This document shows positions 9,268 through 18,154 of a DNA stretch of 64,000 nt, piece by piece (positions within the stretch are counted from its first letter, which is position 1; the number at the start of each line of letters is the position of its first letter). This DNA is from an uncultured Pseudomonadota bacterium (GTDB lineage: Bacteria; SAR324; NAC60-12). The stretch covers positions 172 to 64,171 of the forward strand of contig CAYFLK010000001.1 in NCBI GenBank assembly GCA_964344035.1, given 5' to 3'. The translations under genes were made by a program, and so were the position numbers. The notes beneath the pieces were generated by a model. That model was not told where the DNA came from. It did no database searches and saw nothing but the letters and a program-made list of their open reading frames with translations.

Positions 9268-10770
9268 TTATGTTTCAATGTTCAGAGTCGGTTTGAATTC
9301 AGGTGGTTTGCGAGCCTGTGTCGCCTGCTCGAATGCGTAAGCATAACTGATAAGTTTTGGTTCTTTCCACGGTCCTGAGAAAAAAGTAATGCCTACCGGG
9401 AGACCGGATACGGAACCGGCTGGTACCGTGATTCCCGGATAGCCGGCCACCGCGGAAGGGGTTGCACTTTGCGGGGCAGGGATGCGATCTCCCTGTTCAC
9501 AATTAGTGAGCCATGCCGGTTCTCCAGAAGGGGCGATATAGGCATCCAGCCGATGACGTTTCAACATCTTGTCAATCCCTTCTGTGCGGGAGAGTCTCCG
9601 GCATTCTGACAGGGAATGCCGGTAATCCATGCTTTCGAGCCCGTTCCGCATGGCAGCCTTGAGGAACATTTCCTGGCCGAAATGCGGCATCACCTGTTTA
9701 CTGTGCTTTTCGTTGTATGCAATTAACTCATCGAGCGAATGTGTACAGGCCGATGGCGGCAAGGCCGAAAGGTAACGGTTGATAGCATCCAGGAACTCAT
9801 GGAGTAAGACTTCCTGTTCAGGTATCTTGAGCATTTCAGTGTTATCCAGAAAAACCGGATCAACGAGTTCGATGCCGAGTTCCCGGAGCAAAACAAGGCA
9901 TGAATCCATGATTCTGTTGACAGCTGAGTTGTTGCCGAACAGGTTTCGTGCAACTCCGATCCTTGCCCCTTGAAGTCCATTGACGTCAAGAAACCGGGTG
10001 AAATCAAAGTTTGGTTTAAAGGGACTGCTCCATTCTGCTCGATCTTTTGGGTCGTTCTCCGCAAGGACACTGAGCATTACCGCCGCATCGGTAACGTTCC
10101 GGGAAATCGGACCAGCGGTGTCCTGGCTTTTTGATATCGGAACGATGCCGAAACGGCTGACGAGCCCGACTGTTGGTTTCAAGCCTACCACTCCATTGGC
10201 ATGGGCCGGACAGAGTATCGATCCGTCGGTTTCAGTCCCGACCGCTGCTGCGCAAAGTTCCGCGGAAACCGCAACCGCCGAACCGGAACTCGAACCTCCG
10301 GGATTGTGGTCCAGAGCATAAGGGTTACGGGTTTGGCCGCCGCGACTGCTCCAACCGCTGGTTGATCGCGTGGAACGGAAATTAGCCCACTCGCTGAGGT
10401 TGGTTTTACCCAGGATGATCGCACCGGCGTCACGGATGCGACGCACCAGGAAAGCATCCTGTTGTGCAATCGAATGCTGCAATGCCAAAGACCCCGCGCT
10501 TGTTGCCATGCGGTCGGCTGTGCCGATGTTGTCCTTGAGCATCACCGGTATCCCGTGCAGCGGGCCCAAAACCTGTCCCTGTTTTTGTTTCAGGTCCATC
10601 TGTTGGGCTGTCTCCAGCGCTTCCGGATTGATCTCGATCACCGAATTCAGTTTAGGGCCTAGCCGGTCAATGGTTTCGATTCGATGCATGTAGTAACGAC
10701 ACAGTTCCACTGATTCCAATTCTCCGGCGGCCAATTTTGCTCGCATTTCCGGAATGGGTAATTGATTCAC
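9268..10770 (-). CDS. amidase (amidase-signature family)
   Basis: 500 aa with the AS-family signature GGSSSGSAVAVSA and a Ser-cisSer-Lys context (KDNIGT...GKTNLSEWA). Confidence 0.9.
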   Translation of the reverse strand: MNQLPIPEMRAKLAAGELESVELCRYYMHRIETIDRLGPKLNSVIEINPEALETAQQMDLKQKQGQVLGPLHGIPVMLKDNIGTADRMATSAGSLALQHSIAQQDAFLVRRIRDAGAIILGKTNLSEWANFRSTRSTSGWSSRGGQTRNPYALDHNPGGSSSGSAVAVSAELCAAAVGTETDGSILCPAHANGVVGLKPTVGLVSRFGIVPISKSQDTAGPISRNVTDAAVMLSVLAENDPKDRAEWSSPFKPNFDFTRFLDVNGLQGARIGVARNLFGNNSAVNRIMDSCLVLLRELGIELVDPVFLDNTEMLKIPEQEVLLHEFLDAINRYLSALPPSACTHSLDELIAYNEKHSKQVMPHFGQEMFLKAAMRNGLESMDYRHSLSECRRLSRTEGIDKMLKRHRLDAYIAPSGEPAWLTNCEQGDRIPAPQSATPSAVAGYPGITVPAGSVSGLPVGITFFSGPWKEPKLISYAYAFEQATQARKPPEFKPTLNIET

Positions 10771-10924
10771 GGCACTTTTTTCAAAACATCATGGATGCAA
10801 AACTGTCTTTGTTGCAGGTTGTACGCTGAGAAACATAGACACTTTGATCAGGGAGAAACTGGAATTGTCAACTACATGAATGCAGGAACGCCAGGATTGC
10901 AACAGTTAAATTCATTGAAAAATT

Positions 10925-11062
10925 TCAACGCCCCCCGGTCACGTCCAGGATGGTCCCGGTTATGTAGGATGCTTCATCAGACAGCAGCCACAAAATAGCA
11001 GCAGCTACTTCAGCCGGTTTTCCCACTCGTTTCAGAGGCACGATAAGTTTGACGCGTTCCAT
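10925..11062 (-). pseudogene. 3'-terminal remnant of a short-chain dehydrogenase/reductase (SDR) gene
   Basis: Own translation gives MERVKLIVPLKRVGKPAEVAAAILWLLSDEASYITGTILDVTGGR*. This is the conserved SDR C-terminus (FabG-like ...PLGRxGxPEEVAxAVxFLASDxASYITGxxLxVxGG). No SDR N-terminal Rossmann or YxxxK region exists upstream; an in-frame TAA lies 22 codons above the ATG. Confidence 0.6.
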
Positions 11063-11403
11063 CCTTTCAGGTTCACCTCCATCCAAAGTTATTTTGTTTC
11101 ATCATTAGCATTTCGTGCTCCGCTCTGTTACAAATACTTCAAGCCCTGGATTCAAATAAATGGACCTTTCTTGCAGTGTCTGGAAGTCTATTGCAGACCC
11201 ATCAGGTCTGAAACCGGAATGACATACAATTTATATCAGCAGTACACACCGCAAACTGGGATTGGACAAATCTTTGGGGCTTGTTTTCAAGGTTATTCAA
11301 AAATACGAACCCCTCTGACAGCGCCTGCACTTGTATTATAAGAACAAATCAACATGCTCAAATGAATGAGGAGAGAAAGTATAGTAAGCACATTGGGGTT
11401 GCA

Positions 11404-11766
11404 TTAATCCAGGGGGATGAACAGCGATCTTCGAGGCGCCCCCTTCACCGCTCTGCTTATATGCCCCTGGCCGGTTACGTCTTCTGCCAGCAGGATGTCT
11501 CCTGCATTAAAAACCCTGTGTTCACCGCTGCCGACCTCAATCTCCACTGAACCTGAGAGCATGACTACATATTGACGCCGGGGGGCGTTGTGCCATGTGT
11601 AATGATAGTCTCCTGGAGTTTCCCGGAAAATCACTCCGGAAACAGGGAGTGTTTCAGATAAGTTGCCAATGTCTCCGCAATCCTTGAGATCGATCTCTAT
11701 TTTCTCAAAGTGAGATTGTTCATCAGGCCCGGTATACAGTCGGGTGATTAACATGGGAACTTTCAC
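11404..11766 (-). CDS. cupin domain protein
   Basis: 120-aa small beta-barrel pattern (GDYHYTWHNAPRRQYVVMLSGSVEIEV...NAGDILLAED), typical of cupin_2. Confidence 0.65.
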   Translation of the reverse strand: MKVPMLITRLYTGPDEQSHFEKIEIDLKDCGDIGNLSETLPVSGVIFRETPGDYHYTWHNAPRRQYVVMLSGSVEIEVGSGEHRVFNAGDILLAEDVTGQGHISRAVKGAPRRSLFIPLD

Positions 11767-11882
11767 TGTAAAGAGTATGACGGATCATAAATCAAACTTC
11801 ATCAATTCCTGTTTTGTAACGGATGACCACGGCGACATCAAGATTTTATGGGGACTAACGCAAACGTTGCGTAGTGTTTTTT

Positions 11883-12782
11883 TTACTGCAGACAGTTTCT
11901 TAAAGACCGTGCGAGGTTTTCCATGAGGGTGAAATACAAATCCGGTCCGGGTATCAGGTCCGCTCCGAGTGGGTCCAGTTCAGCGATTCTGACACTGGTT
12001 TCGGATGCGATGACTTGAACCAGTTTTGGCGTGAATTGAGGTTCAGTGAAAATGCAACGGACCCCGGAGTCACTGATTAGTTTACGCAGGTTCTGTAATT
12101 TTTTGGCTCCGGGGCTAAATTCAGTCCCGGTGTTGAATTCACCTATTCGCATGAGTCCATAGCGCTGTTCTAAATAAGAATAAGCAGGATGAAAGACAAT
12201 GTATGGCTTTTCGATAACGGGTTTTAATTGCCGTCCTAAACTAGAGTGTAAATCCTGCAGACGCAGTTGCATGTTATTGCCATTGGAATGGTATGTTTCA
12301 GCATGGCCAGGGTCAATCCTGGATAAATGCAAGACGACCTCAGAGACAATGATTTTTGCATTCAAAGGATCCAGCCAGATATGAGGGTCAAATGAATACT
12401 GATGATCATGCTCATCATGTGGGACTGACTCTGAACTTTCCCACTCAAGCAGTTCCATTTTTTCGCTATCCAGCAACGGCACTGTGTTCGCATGAAATGC
12501 TAATGACTTCAATGGTTTTTCAAGAAATTTCTCGAGTGCTTCACCCAGCCAGAAGATGACTTCAGCATTCTGAAGGGTTTTTGCCTCGCTTGGACGCAGC
12601 ACATAAGTGTGGGGGGTGGCAATACCCTTCACCAGTAGCTGAGGTTCTCCGACTCCTTCCATTACACCCGCAACCAGCGAGTGCAAAGGCTTGATGGATA
12701 CAAGCACACTAGGGACCGAGGCGAATGCCATGTTGGCGATCAAAGATGCTGTGAGGATTAATACAGAAATATTGATTTTCAT
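11883..12782 (-). CDS. znuA: zinc ABC transporter substrate-binding protein ZnuA
   Basis: 299 aa with a signal peptide and the cluster-9 SBP fold. His/acidic-rich loop SSESVPHDEHDHQYSFDPHIWLDP. Genomic context with zur, znuC and znuB. Confidence 0.85.
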   Translation of the reverse strand: MKINISVLILTASLIANMAFASVPSVLVSIKPLHSLVAGVMEGVGEPQLLVKGIATPHTYVLRPSEAKTLQNAEVIFWLGEALEKFLEKPLKSLAFHANTVPLLDSEKMELLEWESSESVPHDEHDHQYSFDPHIWLDPLNAKIIVSEVVLHLSRIDPGHAETYHSNGNNMQLRLQDLHSSLGRQLKPVIEKPYIVFHPAYSYLEQRYGLMRIGEFNTGTEFSPGAKKLQNLRKLISDSGVRCIFTEPQFTPKLVQVIASETSVRIAELDPLGADLIPGPDLYFTLMENLARSLRNCLQ

Positions 12783-12811
12783 CGGCAGCCTTGTATTTCA
12801 ATGTGGTTAAA

Positions 12812-12826
12812 TGTAATATTATAACA
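12812..12826. promoter_or_regulatory. Zur-box-like palindrome in znuA/zur divergent promoter
   Basis: TGTAATATTATAACA is a near-perfect inverted repeat. It resembles the Zur operator consensus (TGTTATAWTATAACA). It sits between the divergent znuA and zur starts. Confidence 0.6.
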
Positions 12827-12860
12827 AAAACAAGATCATTATCAATATCGTATTGCCTTC

Positions 12861-13361
12861 ATGAGGGAAAACCGCATGTCCCAGACAACGGATTATCCGT
12901 TTCAGGAACACAACCACCAAAACTGCCAGGCAAGGGTCCTTGCTGAAGCGGAAAGAATATGCCGGTCACGCGGCGCCCGTCTTACCCGCCTGCGACGGCA
13001 TGTGCTGGAGATCGTCTCACGCAGTCATGCTCCGGTTGGAGCTTATGACATACTTGAGCAGATGAATTCAAACGGGCGACGGCAAGCGCTGATCTCTGTA
13101 TATCGTGCCCTGGATTTTCTCATGGACCAGGGGCTTGTGCACCGATTGAGCAGTTTGAACGCCTTCATTGCCTGTATGCTTTCCAGCAGGAGCCATTCCG
13201 CGCTGTTTTTGATATGCCGGAGTTGCCGTACTGTCGCCGAACTTTACAGCTCTACAGTGGAAAAGATGATCAGAAATGATGCTGGAAACGAGGGTTTTAT
13301 TGCAGAAAATCAAATGGTTGAAGTCAGAGGGGTGTGCCGGTACTGTGAAAGGGGGAAATGA
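12861..13361 (+). CDS. zur: Fur-family zinc uptake regulator Zur
   Basis: 166 aa with an N-terminal winged-helix segment ([13 protein letters not shown]...) and C-terminal CxxC pairs (CRSC...CRYC). Adjacent to znuCB; 4-nt overlap with znuC. Start may be Met6 (12876). Confidence 0.8.
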   Translation: MRENRMSQTTDYPFQEHNHQNCQARVLAEAERICRSRGARLTRLRRHVLEIVSRSHAPVGAYDILEQMNSNGRRQALISVYRALDFLMDQGLVHRLSSLNAFIACMLSSRSHSALFLICRSCRTVAELYSSTVEKMIRNDAGNEGFIAENQMVEVRGVCRYCERGK

Positions 13362-14125
13362 CTGCTTCAGAAGATACAGTGTTGATTCAGGCGCGTGATC
13401 TTTCTTTAGGCGATAAGCAGGCAATTATTGACGGAGTTTCCATTGCCGTATTTCCGGGGGAAATTGTTACCGTCGTAGGTCCCAATGGTGCAGGAAAAAC
13501 GACTTTGCTTCGCCTGCTGCTCGGGTTGATTTCACCAGACAGCGGAAAAGTCAACCGGCGCAAGGGATTGAGGATCGGGTACCTTCCACAAAAAATTACG
13601 ATAGATCCGGTATTTCCAATATCAGTTGTGAGGATGATGACGTTGACAACCGGAATCAACCGTGTCGCGGCCTCGAGTGCTTTACTAGAAACCGGTGTGG
13701 AAGCCCTGATTGATGAACCGGTGCACACACTTTCCGGTGGAGAATTTCAGCGTATGATGCTTGCCCGGGCCCTGCTTCGCAATCCTGAACTGCTTGTATT
13801 GGACGAACCCGTGCAAGGGGTAGATTATCTTGGGGAGACGGAAATGTACGGCCTTATCACCAGGCTGCGTGAAAAACGTGGGTGCGGAGTGCTGATGGTG
13901 TCGCATGATCTGCACGTGGTGATGGCTTCAACCGACCGGGTAGTTTGTCTCAACCGGCATGTCTGCTGCCAAGGCCGTCCGAGGGAAGTTTCGCGACATC
14001 CTGAATACCTCAGGCTCTTCGGGATGGAATCCGGGCCAGGACTGGCATTTTATCCCCATCATCATGATCACACCCACCATCTTTCCGGAGAAGTGGAAAA
14101 AGGGCCCAAGGCAGAAGAAACTTAA
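13358..14125 (+). CDS. znuC: zinc ABC transporter ATP-binding protein ZnuC
   Basis: Walker [10 protein letters not shown], signature [15 protein letters not shown], Walker B LLVLDEP. Has a His-rich C-terminal tail, HHHDHTHH. Confidence 0.85.
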   Translation: MTASEDTVLIQARDLSLGDKQAIIDGVSIAVFPGEIVTVVGPNGAGKTTLLRLLLGLISPDSGKVNRRKGLRIGYLPQKITIDPVFPISVVRMMTLTTGINRVAASSALLETGVEALIDEPVHTLSGGEFQRMMLARALLRNPELLVLDEPVQGVDYLGETEMYGLITRLREKRGCGVLMVSHDLHVVMASTDRVVCLNRHVCCQGRPREVSRHPEYLRLFGMESGPGLAFYPHHHDHTHHLSGEVEKGPKAEET

Positions 14126-14139
14126 AGAGGAAGAACAGA

Positions 14140-14934
14140 TTGGTATTCGATGATTTCATCTGGCGCGCCGTCATCGCAGGTGCCGGGGTGGCAATAGCCG
14201 CGGGTCCTCTGGGTTGTTTCGTGGTCTGGAAAAGGCTTGCCTACTTCGGTGACACCATGGCGCATTCCGCGCTGCTTGGCGTGGCCCTTGGCTTTATGCT
14301 TGGAATTGAGCCGATGTTCGGCGTAATCGCCATCGGCATGGCCGTCGCAGTTTCACTTTCTGTTTTCATGCGCCAACGCAAACTGGCAAACGACACAGTG
14401 CTGGGCACTCTTTCGCATACGTCACTGGCCCTCGGCATTCTAGTCATCAGCATGATGACTTGGGTGCGGGTGGACCTGATGGGATACTTGTTCGGAGACA
14501 TTCTCGCGGTCACGCGCATGGACCTGTTCAGGATCTTCTTGGGAAGTGCGCTGGTTTTGATCATCCTCATCCGCTTTTGGCGTCAATTGCTGGTGGTAAC
14601 TCTTGACGAGGAACTGGCGCGAGCTGAGGGACTGCCAGCATGGCGGTTCCAGATTTTGCTGATGCTGATTATAGCCGGAGTGATCGCACTGGCAATGAAA
14701 ATCGTCGGCATTCTTCTCGTCACATCCCTGCTGATTATCCCCGCGGCTGCTGCAAGGCGTTTCAGCCGCACCCCGGAACAGATGGCGTTCGGCGCCGTTC
14801 TCATCGGCAATCTATCCGTCGTGCTCGGCATCCTGGCGTCTTTGCATCTTGACACCCCAGCCGGACCTTCAATTGTCGTAGCAGCAATGCTGTTTTTTGT
14901 TTTTGGACAGGTCCCTCTTGGACGCCTTTCCTGA
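14140..14934 (+). CDS. znuB: zinc ABC transporter permease ZnuB
   Basis: 264 aa, about 8 TM, ABC-3 family pattern. Immediately downstream of znuC. Confidence 0.85.
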   Translation: MVFDDFIWRAVIAGAGVAIAAGPLGCFVVWKRLAYFGDTMAHSALLGVALGFMLGIEPMFGVIAIGMAVAVSLSVFMRQRKLANDTVLGTLSHTSLALGILVISMMTWVRVDLMGYLFGDILAVTRMDLFRIFLGSALVLIILIRFWRQLLVVTLDEELARAEGLPAWRFQILLMLIIAGVIALAMKIVGILLVTSLLIIPAAAARRFSRTPEQMAFGAVLIGNLSVVLGILASLHLDTPAGPSIVVAAMLFFVFGQVPLGRLS

Positions 14935-15035
14935 GGACAATGACCACTCAATTTGTTTTTCAGTTATATTTTTCGTTTGCGGGATGAAACCCACGCCTGC
15001 CCGCAGAACGGGAGTTCGTCACTGCTTTTCGTTAC

Positions 15036-17552
15036 TCAACGAGACAAACCGGCATCAGGACCATAGGGTTTGATGAACACAATCAGCCTCGGAAGAAGGG
15101 TCAATGCTGCAACCAGAGCAATCAGCATGGCAAGCCCGGTGAGGAGACCGAAATAAATGCTCGGGATGAAGTTAGAAAGCACGAGGATGGAAAAGCCGAT
15201 GATCACCGTGATGGAAGTGTAGTACATGGCATAACCGATGCTTCCGTGGGCGCGGTGCATGGTAGCGGAATAATCGCGGTCTGTTCCGAATTCATGCTGG
15301 AACCGGTAGATGTAGTGGATTGTGTTGTCCACGGCAATCCCCATGCTGATCGCTGCAATGGTGATGGTCATCAGGTCCAGGGGGATCCCTGCCCACCCCA
15401 TGAATCCCAGCACGACACCAATGGAAAGCAGGTTCGGAAAAAGCGCGATGAGCGAAATTGTTACCGAACGGAAGAGGATCAGAAACATTGCGAACAGTGC
15501 CGCAACAACCGCTCCGAGGGTCAGGATTTGTGAATTGAACAGGCTTTGCAGCATGTTGTTGTAAAGTACAAGCAGGCTGGCCAGATGAGTCCGCTTTTCA
15601 GGCAGATTCAGCTCATTTTTCAGTCCGCCGCGGATTTTCTTGAGCAGTTCATTGCGTCGCAGGTCAGGTTGGGAATCACGGACACGCACCGAGACACGGG
15701 CCTGGTTGTTTTCCACTGAAACATAGGGCGAAAGGATTATGTTGCGGAATTCTGCAGGCAGTTCGTTGTAGACGAGAGCGAGCAAGAAATTGTCCAGGGG
15801 TTTTCCTTCATTGAGCTTTCTGCCGACTTTGAGGAGGGTCGCCAGTGAGAGGACCTTCCCGGTTTCAGGAAGTCCGTCAAGGTAATCGTGCAACTGCTCC
15901 AGTTGTTTCATTTTATCGGTGGTGAACCAGTATTGCGCCTCTCCCTCTGTCTCCGCGAATTCTTCCTCAAATGAATCGAATTCGTCTTCCTCTTCTGCCG
16001 CATTTTCAGTGATTTCTACTTCAGAAAGTAGAGCGGATTCGTCCTCTCCCTCGAAATCGAGGACCACGTCGAGGGTCGTCGTTCCTCCGAGTTGCTGGTC
16101 GATGACCTTCATTCCCTGGTATATTTCTGTCGATTCCTTGAAATAATCGATGAAGCTGTTTTCCACCTTTAACTGCATTGCGCCTCCGACGCTAAGCAGC
16201 AGGACGGTGGCGCTAACCCAGAGGATGCGGTTGCCCTGGCGCTCAGTGAATCTGGCAAAGAACTGTGTCAGCGCAAACTTGGATTCAAAAGAAATGTTAG
16301 GCGTCAACCGCGCAAACTGCATCTGCAGCGCAGGAAATAGAAGGAAGGTCAACATCAGGGAAACCGCGACCCCGGCGCTCATCATCCAGCCGAAATTGAT
16401 CACCGGGAGGATACCGGAGAGAATCAGCGAACTAAACCCGGCAATAGTGGTCAGCACAGTGTAAAGACATGGTTGGGCCATAAACACCACCGTGTCGAGG
16501 ACAAGCTGCCGATGTGATTTTTCCGGTTGGGTGCGGGCCAGTTCCCGGTAACGCACAATCAGGTGGATAGTGATCGCCATGGTGATGATCAACTGCAAGG
16601 AAATGAAGTTTGAGGAAATCACCGTCACTTCCCAGCCGAACATGCCCAGCAGTCCGGTTGTCGCAATCACCGAAAAAGAGCAAGTCAGCACCGGCAGAGC
16701 CACCCAGCGTAATTGGCGGAAAATAAATGTCAGTGTGAAGATCAGAAAAACCAGGACTCCTATGCCGAAAATCTGCAGGTCGTTTTTTATGAAGCTGACC
16801 AGGTCGTCGGCTATCATTGCCAGTCCCCCGAGAAACAGCTCTGAATTCCCCCGGTATTGGTCCAGCAGTGTCCGTATCCGTGCGACGTTTTTGCTTTCCA
16901 CGACGCGCATCTTGTCCCGATGTGCCTTGTATTCAGCCTCTACCCTTTCATATTCCAGTTCCTCCCGCCCGCTCAGAATTCCGGCTTTTTCCTTGCGGCG
17001 CAGTTCATCCCTGCGTTCGCGCAGCTCCCGGTTGACATGGTCGTCATGGAGATTGACAATCAACGCGGTGGTTTTGAAATCACTACTGACCAGGTTGTCC
17101 TGGTAGACAGGACTGCGCAGGAATTCCTGTTTAGCCAGTTCGCGTTCAATTCCCGGGGATTCCAGCGTGGGTATGTTTTCAAGCAGTTCCTTCACCGGCT
17201 TCGGAGGACTTTCAAGCAGGGGCACATTGAGAATAGAGGTCACCGATTCCACGCGCTCCAGTTTTTCGAGGTCGCGGCTCAGACTGCGGATCGTCTCCAG
17301 CGTATCGTCGGACAGCAGATCGGTTTCAGGAGTGAATGTGACGACGAGGAAATCCGGGGTGTAGTAACGGTTGCTGATAAGCCGGGTGTACTCCAGGTCT
17401 TTGTCGTCTTCAAGCAGCAGCGTTTCCGATGAGGCGTCGATTTCGAGTCTGCGTGCCTCGAAACCCAGGAAGGCGACTGAAATGAGGATCAGCAGGAGGA
17501 CGGTTTTGGGATATTGGAGGATAACCCTGCCGTAAAAATGGCGGAGGTTCAT
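15036..17552 (-). CDS. MMPL/RND-superfamily transporter (HpnN-like lipid exporter family)
   Basis: 838 aa with two TM bundles, each preceded by a large periplasmic domain. The second periplasmic domain carries a strongly acidic insert, EITENAAEEEDEFDSFEEEFAETEGE. 4-nt overlap with upstream mlaC. Confidence 0.7.
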   Translation of the reverse strand: MNLRHFYGRVILQYPKTVLLLILISVAFLGFEARRLEIDASSETLLLEDDKDLEYTRLISNRYYTPDFLVVTFTPETDLLSDDTLETIRSLSRDLEKLERVESVTSILNVPLLESPPKPVKELLENIPTLESPGIERELAKQEFLRSPVYQDNLVSSDFKTTALIVNLHDDHVNRELRERRDELRRKEKAGILSGREELEYERVEAEYKAHRDKMRVVESKNVARIRTLLDQYRGNSELFLGGLAMIADDLVSFIKNDLQIFGIGVLVFLIFTLTFIFRQLRWVALPVLTCSFSVIATTGLLGMFGWEVTVISSNFISLQLIITMAITIHLIVRYRELARTQPEKSHRQLVLDTVVFMAQPCLYTVLTTIAGFSSLILSGILPVINFGWMMSAGVAVSLMLTFLLFPALQMQFARLTPNISFESKFALTQFFARFTERQGNRILWVSATVLLLSVGGAMQLKVENSFIDYFKESTEIYQGMKVIDQQLGGTTTLDVVLDFEGEDESALLSEVEITENAAEEEDEFDSFEEEFAETEGEAQYWFTTDKMKQLEQLHDYLDGLPETGKVLSLATLLKVGRKLNEGKPLDNFLLALVYNELPAEFRNIILSPYVSVENNQARVSVRVRDSQPDLRRNELLKKIRGGLKNELNLPEKRTHLASLLVLYNNMLQSLFNSQILTLGAVVAALFAMFLILFRSVTISLIALFPNLLSIGVVLGFMGWAGIPLDLMTITIAAISMGIAVDNTIHYIYRFQHEFGTDRDYSATMHRAHGSIGYAMYYTSITVIIGFSILVLSNFIPSIYFGLLTGLAMLIALVAALTLLPRLIVFIKPYGPDAGLSR

Positions 17553-18154
17553 GACTCCTGCTCCCGGGGTGTTTTCAGTTCCTCGAGCAGTACGTCAAAT
17601 TTGTGTTTCTTCAGGACTGCGGAAAACTGGGTTCGGTAAGTCTGAATGACGCTAACTCCCTCCACGTCCAGGTCATAAACAAGCCAGCCACGTTTCTTGT
17701 TTTTGTAAAATTTGAATATTATTTCGTAGCTGTCTCCCTTGCTCAGCAGGTATGTTTTCAACTGTACACGCCCTTTCTTGATTTTTTTTGCGTCATCCAG
17801 CAATACCTTTTCATCCGTATAGATGTCGAGTTTTTCGATGTAGAACTGCTGGATACGTTTGACAAACAATTCAGTGAACTCACTGCGCTGAACCGGATTC
17901 AGGGTTTTCCAGGTTTTCCCCAGGCTCAACCGCGACATCAGATTGAAATCAAAAAATGTGTTTGCTTCTTCAATGATGCGGTTGTTGCGTGTTGGTTTGT
18001 CAAGGGACTTGTCATTCAACAAGGCGACCACGACATTGACTTTTTCCTTGGTCATCCGGTTAATTTCCGCGGTTTCATTTGCATAGAGCAATGATGGGGA
18101 AAAGAACAAACACAGGGCAATGATCGAACTGTTTTTAAATTTGTGCATAATCAC
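17549..18154 (-). CDS. mlaC: phospholipid-binding periplasmic protein MlaC (Ttg2D family)
   Basis: 201 aa with a signal peptide. The C-terminal block WLVYDLDVEGVSVIQTYRTQFSAVLKKHKFDVLLEELK aligns with E. coli MlaC ...[35 protein letters not shown]. Confidence 0.8.
   Translation of the reverse strand: MIMHKFKNSSIIALCLFFSPSLLYANETAEINRMTKEKVNVVVALLNDKSLDKPTRNNRIIEEANTFFDFNLMSRLSLGKTWKTLNPVQRSEFTELFVKRIQQFYIEKLDIYTDEKVLLDDAKKIKKGRVQLKTYLLSKGDSYEIIFKFYKNKKRGWLVYDLDVEGVSVIQTYRTQFSAVLKKHKFDVLLEELKTPREQES

Noticed and set aside
11853-11882. ACGCAA-acg-TTGCGT hairpin plus T8 run next to the znuA 3' end
   Set aside because: It is oriented on the plus strand, so it cannot terminate znuA (minus strand). 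It may terminate an unannotated antisense or small RNA, but the stem is short (6 bp). Noted only.
16570-17432. Plus-strand ORFs of 178 and 191 aa inside the MMPL gene
   Set aside because: Antisense shadow frames of a well-supported 838-aa transporter gene.
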